Shown one piece after another: positions 53,356 through 63,300 of a DNA stretch of 64,000 nucleotides. The stretch is from a virus: the IMG/VR virus record IMGVR_UViG_3300029258_002856. The stretch is one strand, 5' to 3'. The notes below the pieces were generated by a model. That model saw only the letters and a program-made list of their open reading frames with translations, had not been told where the DNA came from and ran no database searches. The translations under genes and the position numbers were made by a program. Each line of letters starts with the position of its first letter. The first letter of the stretch is position 1.

Positions 53356-53692
53356 TAAAGGCGGCTCGTTTCAGGAACAACTTCTGGCGGAGTCTATTCT
53401 CCGAGAGCGGAACGAGAAGTTCACGCTCGTGTCGCTCTTTGTCCGGATGCTGGGAGTCATCGCCGGACTCAAGAGTAAGGATATAGATGACCTCTTAGAA
53501 TCTTACAAAGAAGAGCTTTACCAGTTCAGGTATAATTTCGAGTACACCACTCGACGCGAACGTCGTAGTGCTGAGGAAGCCGCAGAGGCAATCAATATTG
53601 CACGCATGTTCAAGCGGTTAGAGGCTATGACGGTTGAAGACAAGGATATCCCTACTGGTGAAGATGATGAGGACGACGAGGACGAAGGCTGA
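53309..53692 (+). CDS. tail assembly chaperone C-terminal extension (gpT-like, read via frameshift)
   Basis: No SD before ATG 53309; in -1 frame of upstream gene; TGATG coupling to tape measure. Confidence 0.7.
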   Translation: MGHTRAYAYVHNAPLPKGGSFQEQLLAESILRERNEKFTLVSLFVRMLGVIAGLKSKDIDDLLESYKEELYQFRYNFEYTTRRERRSAEEAAEAINIARMFKRLEAMTVEDKDIPTGEDDEDDEDEG

Positions 53693-56600
53693 TGGCTAAT
53701 GGTTACAACCCTATGCAGGCGAACCTCGGGTTGATGCCAGGACAGCAGCCGCAGGTTTCTACCCCTTCGGACATCGCGGCTCGACTCTCCCAGCAAGCGA
53801 GTCAGCAACTTGCGGAAGCACAACATACGACCCCGGTAGCGTTGGGAGGTGGCTCTGCGTTTTCGTTTGGGCAACAGTTCCAACAACAGTTGCACCAGAT
53901 TCAGCAGCAGCAGTCCATGGGCGTCTATCAGGCAGCGATGATGGCCGGGACGATGCCGGGGGCGCAACAGTACGCAGGAGGAATGCTCCCTTCCCCGCTG
54001 ACGATGACACCACCTTCGACTGGAGTGTTCCGTCCTCCTGCACCTCCCCCTTCGATAGCGCCTATTGCTCCGATGCCTATCATGCCGATGGCGCAGACGC
54101 CCTTCACTCCGCGGCTTCCACAGCCAATGTTCCGTACGGCGTGGGAACAAGAGGCGATGCAGCGGGAGCAGCGGGCTGACCAGTTATTCTCATTCCAGGC
54201 TCAGATGCCTCAGGCGCTGGGCCAAGGTGCAGGTATCGGTCTCGGTGCATTGGCAGGAGGAATGTTGGGTGGTCGGTTTGGGCCTGCGGGACGGGCTATC
54301 GGGGCCGTTGCGGGTGCGGGTCTTGCGCAGATGACGGGAGCTGCCCCGGCCATGGGTGAGATGGCCATGATGCCCATGCGTCCGCAGATAGAGCAGCGCC
54401 AAATGGGAGCTGCGTTGCAGTCCTCGTCGCGTGATTGGGTAGTTTCTGGCCCACAACTCCATCCGTTAGGGCGTGGGTTAGCCCCAGAGGCCGCGCAGCA
54501 ATTGGCGGGCGGAATCCAGCGGATGGCGGGAGACGAAGGATTCCAGCGTGAGACCGGCAATATGTTCAACCGCCAGGACCTGATGCGCATCACGCAGATG
54601 TCGGGTCAGGCGGGTTTGATGGACATGGAGCAGGGTATCTCCGGAATTCAGAGTAACCTGCGCCGAGTCAGTCGTGTGGTTAGCCGCTTCATGCAGCTGA
54701 CCCAAGAACCCGACGTGGTGAATGTTGTTCGCCAGATGGGACAACTCCGACAGCTGGGATTCGACGTCAATGATATGGAGAACGCCGCGATGAACATGCG
54801 GATGTTCTCTCGGGCTGCGGGGACCTCTGTGCAAGGGCTTCAGCAGCAGTACGGAATGCCGGGGGCGATGACCTTCCAGCAAGCGGGACTCGCCCCTGCG
54901 GTTGGAATGAATTACGGCATGTTTGCCGGGGCTGCGGCACGACAAGGTGTTGCCGGGGGCACCTTCTCTCCGATGCAGCAGGCGCTTTTTGGCGGCGTAC
55001 AGGGGATTGCACAGCGCAATATGCAAGCTCAAGCTGCGATGCTCTCGATGCCGCTTTTCGGAGCGGGCGCGGGCCAGTACGGGCCTGGAGGCTGGGGCGT
55101 CAACTACGGTGCGCTCAACCAGATGATGGGTGGTCAGGGTGGTGCACAGGGAATGATTATGAACGCGGTGCAGAACATGGGAGCTGCGGTTCAGCAGGGT
55201 GGGGTAGGTGCTCTGGCAATGTTCCCGCTGCAACAGCGCATGATTCAGTCGCAAGCCGCGGCTGCGATGTCTCCTTTCCAGATGAACGCGATGCGCTTTC
55301 GTTCTGCGCAGGCTACCGGAGAGCGGTTGGGGTTACAGGGGGCTGGGGCATTCGCAGTTGGGGCACAAGCTATGTTCGGTCAGGAAATTGCCGAGCAGAT
55401 GATGGTTGAGGCTAGCGACCCCGTGTACTGGCGGAACCAACGCCAGATGATTGAGCGGCGCCAGGAAGAGCTTGCACGTGACCAACGCCAGCAAATTCGA
55501 GATGCGGCTCCAGGCGTTTTCGGGCAGTTGGCAGCAGCGGCCCTTCCTTCCGATGTCACAATGAAACAGTGGCAGGACCGGATGACGGGCTCTTTCACAC
55601 GCGTAACTGCGCCTGTCGGACGTGCTTGGGACGCGTTTACCGAATGGCGTGACCGTGAATCTGCGCGAGAAGAAGGTCGGATGTATCGCCGGACCCCAGA
55701 AGAATTCGTGGCAGGGACGCGACGAGAGCAACGTGCTCAGCGCACATGGGAGGAACGGGCTACGCTACGACAGTTCCAACGTGGAGGTGGGGGCGGTGGA
55801 CTGGGGGCGGAACATTACGACTACGGGCAATTCGGACGCGATGTGTACGGAGAACTGATGCGCGGGGGAGGCGTGGAGGGCGGAGCGGCTCGCGCAATGG
55901 ATGCCTTTGCCCCATTGGCAGGAGGAGTTCTTGACTGGGCTACCCCTGTGGGGATCGTTGGAGCTATTGGGGGTTTTGATTCTGAAGACCTTATCTGGAA
56001 TCGTGTAGGTGCGGGTCTGACGATGGCGGAGGATATCGGTACCGCGCTTGGGATTGAGGGCGCAGAAGGGATGACGGCGCGCTACCAAGGTCTCGCAGCA
56101 AAAGCGCGTAAACGAGAAGAGCCTACGCGGCAGATGTTCCGGAAAGCTCGGGGTATTTCTACGACAGGTAAGGCTGCCGGGAATATTTACGAGCAAGTTG
56201 AGAAAGCGTTTGGACTTTCTGCGGGAGAAGCGTTCCACGTTGTGGGAGGGAGCGGGGCTCGGATTGCTGCCCGAGCAAAAGAAGGGGCCTCGATTGTTGA
56301 TGCGTGGCAGACCCATATCACTGCGGGAGGGATGCGTAACGAGATAGTCAAGGAAATCGCGGCACGAACTGGTCGGAGCGAAGAAGAAGTTGTGGAAGAG
56401 TTTGAGACGCTTCCCACTGAAGTTAAGGACCAGATGATAGCGATGGCTTTGGGGACTGCTTCCCAGACGGGAGATGCCGCAGCGAAAGAGGCGTTAGCTC
56501 GGACGGAGGAGACTGTTCTCGGCTCCGAGATGGCGCGGGTCAATGCACTTACGGCGGGTGAGATGGAACGGGCGCAGGAACGTATGCGCAAGTTCGAAGG

Positions 56601-57420
56601 TCTCATGGGCATTCCAGAAGGGGGAGAATCCGAGGCGTTTCGTGAATTTTCCAAACGTGCTACCGGCAGTGACATGTTGATGTCGGCATTGGCGTTCGGC
56701 GGCGAAATGACGACGGAACAGCGACGAGATTTGGAGAAACGGTCGCGTCAAGAGTTCTACCGTGAAAAGGGACTAAAAGATTCCCCCGAGGCGCGAGCTC
56801 AGTACCGGCGAGCGCTTCAAAAAGTGCAGCGGGGATACGTGGGAGGCGAACAAGTTTCGGAAGACATCCGTGAGCGTTTTGGGGCCATGATGCAGCAAGA
56901 GGGAATGCAGGCTTATGGCGGCAGAGCGGCGGCCGCGGGCCTTCTGGCGTATCAGGATGTACAGCGTGGTGCGATTGCGATGACGCAGATGCGTGCCGGG
57001 ATGGAGCAGATACAGGGGATTACGGGAGGGGGCGTAGAGGTCGGACGTATTGGGAGTCTTACGGAACTGGGGGAAGCGGATTTACAGAAGCTCACCGCAG
57101 CGGGACATGGAGCCCTCGTCAAGCGCATCCAGGCTGCACGAGGCGGAGGAGAGCAGGAACGGCTTGGCTTGATGCGGGCTCTCAGTCGTATGGGTGAAGG
57201 TGCGGTTGCTGCCGAAGAGGAGAAGACTATCCGCGAGGCTACCGGCGCTGAGGCGGACAAGTTACGCGAATCCAAGAAGGCGGTCGGGGCCGCAGAGAGT
57301 GAGTTCGCAGAAGTGTTCAAGCATTTCAATGTAGAGACGGCGCAAACTTTCAAAGAGGGTGCTATGCTACTCAAGGAAGCCGGGATGGAAGCATGGCTCC
57401 GTAACAAACAGCAGGCATAG
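53692..57420 (+). CDS. tail tape measure protein
   Basis: 1242 aa Ala/Gly/Gln/Met-rich helical protein directly after the chaperone pair. Confidence 0.75.
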   Translation: MANGYNPMQANLGLMPGQQPQVSTPSDIAARLSQQASQQLAEAQHTTPVALGGGSAFSFGQQFQQQLHQIQQQQSMGVYQAAMMAGTMPGAQQYAGGMLPSPLTMTPPSTGVFRPPAPPPSIAPIAPMPIMPMAQTPFTPRLPQPMFRTAWEQEAMQREQRADQLFSFQAQMPQALGQGAGIGLGALAGGMLGGRFGPAGRAIGAVAGAGLAQMTGAAPAMGEMAMMPMRPQIEQRQMGAALQSSSRDWVVSGPQLHPLGRGLAPEAAQQLAGGIQRMAGDEGFQRETGNMFNRQDLMRITQMSGQAGLMDMEQGISGIQSNLRRVSRVVSRFMQLTQEPDVVNVVRQMGQLRQLGFDVNDMENAAMNMRMFSRAAGTSVQGLQQQYGMPGAMTFQQAGLAPAVGMNYGMFAGAAARQGVAGGTFSPMQQALFGGVQGIAQRNMQAQAAMLSMPLFGAGAGQYGPGGWGVNYGALNQMMGGQGGAQGMIMNAVQNMGAAVQQGGVGALAMFPLQQRMIQSQAAAAMSPFQMNAMRFRSAQATGERLGLQGAGAFAVGAQAMFGQEIAEQMMVEASDPVYWRNQRQMIERRQEELARDQRQQIRDAAPGVFGQLAAAALPSDVTMKQWQDRMTGSFTRVTAPVGRAWDAFTEWRDRESAREEGRMYRRTPEEFVAGTRREQRAQRTWEERATLRQFQRGGGGGGLGAEHYDYGQFGRDVYGELMRGGGVEGGAARAMDAFAPLAGGVLDWATPVGIVGAIGGFDSEDLIWNRVGAGLTMAEDIGTALGIEGAEGMTARYQGLAAKARKREEPTRQMFRKARGISTTGKAAGNIYEQVEKAFGLSAGEAFHVVGGSGARIAARAKEGASIVDAWQTHITAGGMRNEIVKEIAARTGRSEEEVVEEFETLPTEVKDQMIAMALGTASQTGDAAAKEALARTEETVLGSEMARVNALTAGEMERAQERMRKFEGLMGIPEGGESEAFREFSKRATGSDMLMSALAFGGEMTTEQRRDLEKRSRQEFYREKGLKDSPEARAQYRRALQKVQRGYVGGEQVSEDIRERFGAMMQQEGMQAYGGRAAAAGLLAYQDVQRGAIAMTQMRAGMEQIQGITGGGVEVGRIGSLTELGEADLQKLTAAGHGALVKRIQAARGGGEQERLGLMRALSRMGEGAVAAEEEKTIREATGAEADKLRESKKAVGAAESEFAEVFKHFNVETAQTFKEGAMLLKEAGMEAWLRNKQQA

Positions 57421-57422
57421 AC

Positions 57423-57656
57423 ATGGCCATCGAACCGCTCAAGACTTTACCGCGTAAAGCCGACCTTCCTCCACGAGGAGAAGCGTGGGTCAAGTACATC
57501 AATAACTCGCTGCTCCGAAACACGTCATTAGGTGGAGAGGAGACGTCGGTCATCCTTCCTCCGCTGGTGGAGCGGGCATACCTGTTGGTCAATGAGACCT
57601 CACCGATTACGGTTGAGGAGTACCCGGTGACCACTCCGTTCAGGGTTGAGCAGTAA
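57423..57656 (+). CDS. hypothetical tail-module protein
   Basis: Short ORF between tape measure and next gene; TAATG coupling. Confidence 0.7.
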   Translation: MAIEPLKTLPRKADLPPRGEAWVKYINNSLLRNTSLGGEETSVILPPLVERAYLLVNETSPITVEEYPVTTPFRVEQ

Positions 57657-58738
57657 TGCCGAAAAAAACGACAACCATCGTCCCGCTCTCTCGAGAAATC
57701 ACAGATGTTCTCGACCAGATAAATAGCGGAGCAACGGACGAGGCGTATCTTCAGCGCCTTCTTTCCGGCAACCAGTTTGCAGGCGCGGAGCCCTTCCTCG
57801 AGCAGCAATATCGACAGGGGGCTAACAAGGTTCAAGGGCGTGACCCCAATGCACAGGGAGTGTATGCGGCATGGCCTGCGTCTACCCCCAAGTACATGCG
57901 GCATCGCCAGGGTCGGCCCCATGAGTTCTTCGATTCGCTCGCTCGGATGTATGTGCGCATCCGCGGAAAGAACCCGGGACAGATACAGGCAAAGTACAAA
58001 CAAATATTGAATTCCTTCGCTGACGCAGAAACCCAAGACGTTGCACGGCAGCTCATCGGAAACGGGCGAGAAGTTGGAGGGATGGGGTACATCGACTTCT
58101 TGCTGCAACGGGTGGACCATCCCATCAACGAGAAGTTTCAGGTTGTTGAAACCCTTTCGGACAATTACGTAGCGTTTTTCTTCGGGCAGCAGGCACCGGT
58201 CTTCAGTTTTAGTGGCACGCTCATGAACACCTACCAGGATGATTGGGCGATGCGGATGTTCCGACTTTTCCGGGATATCGCACGGGGCACGCAGCTTGCT
58301 CGACGGGGGCTTCTCTTCTACATCCGCTATGACTCCATGATTGTGTCCGGGGCGATGTTGAATTTCAACTTCTCGCTCAACGCTGAGATGGAAATGGCGA
58401 TTCCATTTTCGTTTCAACTGCTTGTTAAAAAAGTGCACCTTGTTTATGGGGGACTTTCCCAGCCAACGGACCTTTCGACCACTAATGCCGGGACGTTTCT
58501 TCCTCCCGATTATCAATTGGTGGAGACCACCTACCAGAATATTCGTCCCAAGATGACGAAGCCGAGTGGAGAGCAGCAGACCGGAGGGACTGTCCCTACT
58601 CCGCAAGGTACGGCGTCTGCCCCGACATACGGTCCAGTGACCGAACAGACAGCTGAAGCAGGAGAGGATACGTACTCATACACGGACGCGTTGGAAGATT
58701 GGGAGATAGAACTGAACAAAGAGTTTGAGGCCACCTGA
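57656..58738 (+). CDS. putative baseplate/tail-tube-initiator protein
   Basis: Position after tape measure; beta-rich core EKFQVVETL..YV.FFFG..AP.FSFSG.L. Confidence 0.45.
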   Translation: MPKKTTTIVPLSREITDVLDQINSGATDEAYLQRLLSGNQFAGAEPFLEQQYRQGANKVQGRDPNAQGVYAAWPASTPKYMRHRQGRPHEFFDSLARMYVRIRGKNPGQIQAKYKQILNSFADAETQDVARQLIGNGREVGGMGYIDFLLQRVDHPINEKFQVVETLSDNYVAFFFGQQAPVFSFSGTLMNTYQDDWAMRMFRLFRDIARGTQLARRGLLFYIRYDSMIVSGAMLNFNFSLNAEMEMAIPFSFQLLVKKVHLVYGGLSQPTDLSTTNAGTFLPPDYQLVETTYQNIRPKMTKPSGEQQTGGTVPTPQGTASAPTYGPVTEQTAEAGEDTYSYTDALEDWEIELNKEFEAT

Positions 58739-58781
58739 TTGTTCCTATTATTAGAGAGACGTACAGGAGGCGAACAAGCAG

Positions 58782-60299
58782 ATGGCCAACGCTGCCGAAT
58801 TCAGGATTAATCAGCTCACCACGGGCACCTATGGGTTAGCCCGCCGAGATATCGCGCCGACGAGTATCGCAGGGGTCCCGGTTTCTCTTGAGGCAGAGAA
58901 CGGGGGGCTCACGTATCTTTGGGAAGTGATTCAACCTCCGGGGTCCGCGGTCCCGGTAGTAAATCCTACTTCACAAGTTGCGACGATAGCGGCAGAGGTG
59001 CGTGGGGGTTACATCGCCAAGCTGACAGTAAATGCCGGAATGCCCACAGAAGATGTGCGACTCCTTTTCTTCGGCATTGCGTTCTCCGTCAGCGGGCTCT
59101 GTGCCCCCGCGATGAACGAGACCATCGAGGACAACAGTCAGGGCACCCCTGAACTTGGGTGGGGCGAAAAGCTGCTGGCTTGGATGTCATGGGTGGAAGC
59201 CAACATCGGTGGCGGGGGTCCGGGCGGTGTCAACTGGAAGGTCTCCTTCCGAGCTGCGAACTACAACGTTACCGTCGCGGACAAGTACACGCTGTTCGTA
59301 ACGGGGACGGGTGCACCAGGACAGGTTCAATTCAGCCTCCCGACGCTGGCGAGTCTGCCTACTCCTGGCGATTCCTTCATGTTTGCGCACGGCGTTCTCC
59401 CGGGAGACAAGTATGCCCTGGTGTCAACGGTGGACGGCGTAATCCATATCGCGGGACGCCTTACGGCGTATAGCGCACCTACATGCATGACGACGGAACC
59501 CGGTTCGGTCTGCCGAGTGATGTACCTCGGACTCGAGGGAGGTGTGCCCCAATGGATGCTCATGCCCATGAGCGGGGAGTGGCACGAGGAACTTCAATAC
59601 GGGAACATTTACGACCCGGGCTATATCATCAATTCCAACGTCAACGACCCGCAGTATTTTGCTCGGGGCGGGGATAGTCCATTCATTCGAGGAGAGGGCG
59701 GCCCTACCGCGGTCCAGCTAGGGCACCTAAATGCTGTCGCCGCAGAAAAGTTCACATTTGCATTCGGAGATTTCTGCGTCGCAGACCAAGAATTTTCGAC
59801 TGCCACAGGTCGAGGGGCCAGAACTTTTTGGGACTTCTCGAAGGTACACGCTTCTGGTTACCGGGATGCGGGAGGTCCTCCGCTTACTGGTAGTCTCCAG
59901 ATTACGGACATTCACCTCTATGGAGATGCCCGGGATACGGATGGGGCACCCATCTATCTCACGAACTACGGGCGGCAAACAAGTTCGGCTCTCGTGTCTC
60001 TCGTGCTCGGGACCGAACGAGCATATATAGGTAGAGGATATCTAGTTGGCAAAGAAAAAGACGCGTTGACTCCGGCGGTAGCGGGGTACGCTCTCGACTT
60101 TGTAATCGATGACTATCGCCTCATCTCAAAGAACATCACTATAGTTGGGCGCGACCCGAACAGCCATATTGACAATTGGGATGTCGACATCAACATCGTC
60201 TCTGTGGACCGCTTGGGTATTTCGGTGGGGGTGCAGGATGGTATCGTCTGGTGGTCTTGTCGTCTCCTGCTGGCGGAACTCTACACGCTGGACCGTTAA
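58782..60299 (+). CDS. putative virion structural protein
   Basis: SD AGGAGG; Ig/PKD-like N-terminus (LTYLWEVIQPPGS), GGGGP linker. Confidence 0.6.
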   Translation: MANAAEFRINQLTTGTYGLARRDIAPTSIAGVPVSLEAENGGLTYLWEVIQPPGSAVPVVNPTSQVATIAAEVRGGYIAKLTVNAGMPTEDVRLLFFGIAFSVSGLCAPAMNETIEDNSQGTPELGWGEKLLAWMSWVEANIGGGGPGGVNWKVSFRAANYNVTVADKYTLFVTGTGAPGQVQFSLPTLASLPTPGDSFMFAHGVLPGDKYALVSTVDGVIHIAGRLTAYSAPTCMTTEPGSVCRVMYLGLEGGVPQWMLMPMSGEWHEELQYGNIYDPGYIINSNVNDPQYFARGGDSPFIRGEGGPTAVQLGHLNAVAAEKFTFAFGDFCVADQEFSTATGRGARTFWDFSKVHASGYRDAGGPPLTGSLQITDIHLYGDARDTDGAPIYLTNYGRQTSSALVSLVLGTERAYIGRGYLVGKEKDALTPAVAGYALDFVIDDYRLISKNITIVGRDPNSHIDNWDVDINIVSVDRLGISVGVQDGIVWWSCRLLLAELYTLDR

Positions 60300-60398
60300 A
60301 TTTACGGCGTAACTCCGTGCCTTGTGGCTGTAAAACAGCCCTCCTATACTTCATTCGGAACCTGAAGGTACGTACCTTGCCTACAAGGAGTTTGGGAA

Positions 60399-63300
60399 AT
60401 GGCGTTCAATTGGCAAACCGATGGTGATTTCAGTTTCAAAGACGGGTACATTGGCAGTAACTTTGGGGGCAATTTCGCGCTCGCCAACGATGCTTCCGAG
60501 TGGACCGATTTGGCTGGGGACACCAGCGAGACTTCTCTCGTCGGCATCCTGCACGAAATTTACTCCAGTGTGAGTAGCTCCACCCTCGCTGCGCTGACGG
60601 ATACCAACATCTCCGGGCTGGCGGACGGGAACATCCTTCAGTACCAGACTGGGGATAGCAAGTGGCACAACATTGTGCCGGACTACTACACCAAGACGGA
60701 ACTCGATGGGGGGCAGCTCGACAACCGGTACTACACTGAGACCGAGTTGGACGGCGGCCAGCTCGACAACCGGTACTACACCGAGACTGAACTGGATGGT
60801 GCAGCTGGGGGCGCGGGAGCCAAGATTGACAAGGTGGCGGGTGCCGTGGCGGGTAACCTTGCGGAAATGACTGCGGGAGGTGAGGTTGCCGATAGTGGAA
60901 TTGCGGCGGCGGATGTCATCCTCCGGGACGGCAGTGTCGATTTCACGTCCATCGTGCAGTACGACTCGGCCAAGACGTTCACGAATGCCCTGGACATCGT
61001 GAGCAAAGATTACGTCGATTCCGTTGCGCAGGGTCTCACCATCAAGGAGGCGTGCCGGGTTGCCACAGTCGCCGCTCTCCCAGCCAATACTAAAACAGGT
61101 TCCGGTGTAGGTGCGTACCTGGAGGCGGATGCGAACGGGTCCATTAACAGCGTCGGGATTGACGGGATTACCGACCTCGCGGTGGGTGAGCGCATTCTCG
61201 TGAAGAACGAGGGTGGCGGCGCATCCGACGCGGACAACGGCATCTACGAACTCACCGTGGTAGGTGATGCGGGCACCCCCTGGAAGATGACCCGTACCGC
61301 GGACTTCGATGGCTCCCCGGCTGGAGAAGTGCATGACGGTTGTTTCACCTTCATAGGGGAAGGTTCGAACCTCGCCGATACTGGTTGGGTGCTCATCACG
61401 AGCGGTACCATCACGGTCGACACGACTCCTCTCGAGTTCGCACAGTTCTCGGGTGCGGGGACCTATACGGCCGGTACGGGTCTCACGTTAAACGGTGACA
61501 CCTTCCACATCGGTGACGGCACTGTTGAGGCGCGAGGAGGTATCGACTTCCAGGCCAACGACATTGCTGTGAGCGTCGATGACGTGACCCTCGAGATTTC
61601 AGGAACTGATGTCGCCATCAAGGCCTGGGACCTCCAGGATGCGTACGATTCCGGGGCTAATGGGCTTCTCCAGTTGGACGCTGGGATTGGGGCCATTGTC
61701 ATTTATCCCTCGGGGAGTGTGGCATCCGACAATTGGACGTTCGCGGATGGAGACACCACGAGTGACCTCGACGTGACGGCCATCGTAGAAGACTTCACGG
61801 TTACGGGTAGCGGCACCATCGAGTTGACCGCGCCTACTGTCAATGTGCGTTCCACCGCTTCCACTATCAACATCGGCGATAACGCCGTTGCGCAAAGCAT
61901 CAACGTTGGTAATACGACTTCTGGTACGGCCGTGAGCATCGATGCGGCGGGAGCTTCGTACTTTACCGTCGACAGCGCTAACCTTACATTGTCCACGACG
62001 ACAAGCGGTAACATTCTTGTTACTGCCCCCACAGGAGTAGGTACTAAAATCGATATGGATGCAGATGACGTTTATGTCGATGTGAGTTCGGGGGGTGGGA
62101 TTTACCTGGGGAGTACTCCCGGCACCCAAAATGTACAGGTTGGTGCGTCTAGCGGCGGGAATTCGTTCACGATTCTGGGGAATGCACAGAGCACGATTGA
62201 AGTGACCGGCGCTAACTTAATTCTCGGTACAGCTACCAGTGGCATTATTGACATCGACTCGGCTGGCGCTATCGACATCGATGCGGGCGGCAACGTAACC
62301 ATCGATACGAGTAATGGCTCCATCACGTTGAACAATACAGACACAGCTCTCGGTCACATTAACTTCTATACGGTGGGTTCGGGCAACATCAACGGGTATT
62401 TGGCGGGCACCGGTGCTGTCAACTTCCAGACCGTGGACGGCCAGATTCAATTGTCGGCAAACGGTTCCGGAAACAATCTGGTTCTGACTTCTGGGTCGGG
62501 AATCGTGGATGTCAATGCCGGGAGTCATTTCGATGTTACGGCCCAAGGTCAATTTGATATCAAAGGTGCGAGTGACTCCATCCTCGGTGTTCTCCGAACG
62601 GACAACACGAACCCGGTCATCCTCGACATCTACGCGCAGAACAGCGGCTCAGCCGACGCCACTTTGAATGCGTACACAATCCCGCTGACCGGCACGACGG
62701 GGTACGTGAAGATTGGCGGTAACGCAGTCACTGGTGCGGACTTCAGTTACAGTATTGGTGAGCACACGGCTCAGGTTTCGACCTTGACGATTGGAGCCAC
62801 GTACACCACTTCTGATACGCTGGTTCAGGCTGGTTCCGGCGGGGTCAAGTTCTATGACGCGGGCAACAACGGCTCCAGTTGGGCGCAGGGTTATGTGCTT
62901 CTGAGTGACGGTACGAACGCGGAATGGAATACCTTCGAGACCGACTTCGGTGAGGTCTCCATCTTCAACGCTCTCGGGCAGCTCTATTCGGCTATCAGCG
63001 GTGAGAGCCTGTGGGACAAGGACGGAAGCGATAACCTGACTCCGCAGACCGCAGGCGATGGTCTTGACATCGACGCTGCGGGCACTGCGAGCGTGACCCT
63101 GGATTCCGTCAACAATTCCTGGCTGAAAGCGGCGGGTGCAAATCTGGACCTGGCGGTTTCTGGTGCGGGGGCTTATGTCCTGACTATCGAGTCTTCGGGA
63201 ACTGGTACGAACGCCATCGATGTGAACGCTACGGCGGGCGGTATTGACGTAGACGCGGCGGGAAAAATCGATGTCGCTTCTTCTTTGGCGGATGTCGCTA

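Noticed and set aside
31250-60313. CCGTAAA/TTTACGG heptamer near starts of late operons (about 31259, 38990, 52623, 60301) as a late promoter
   Set aside because: Orientation and spacing are inconsistent and the heptamer also occurs in coding DNA; insufficient without enrichment statistics
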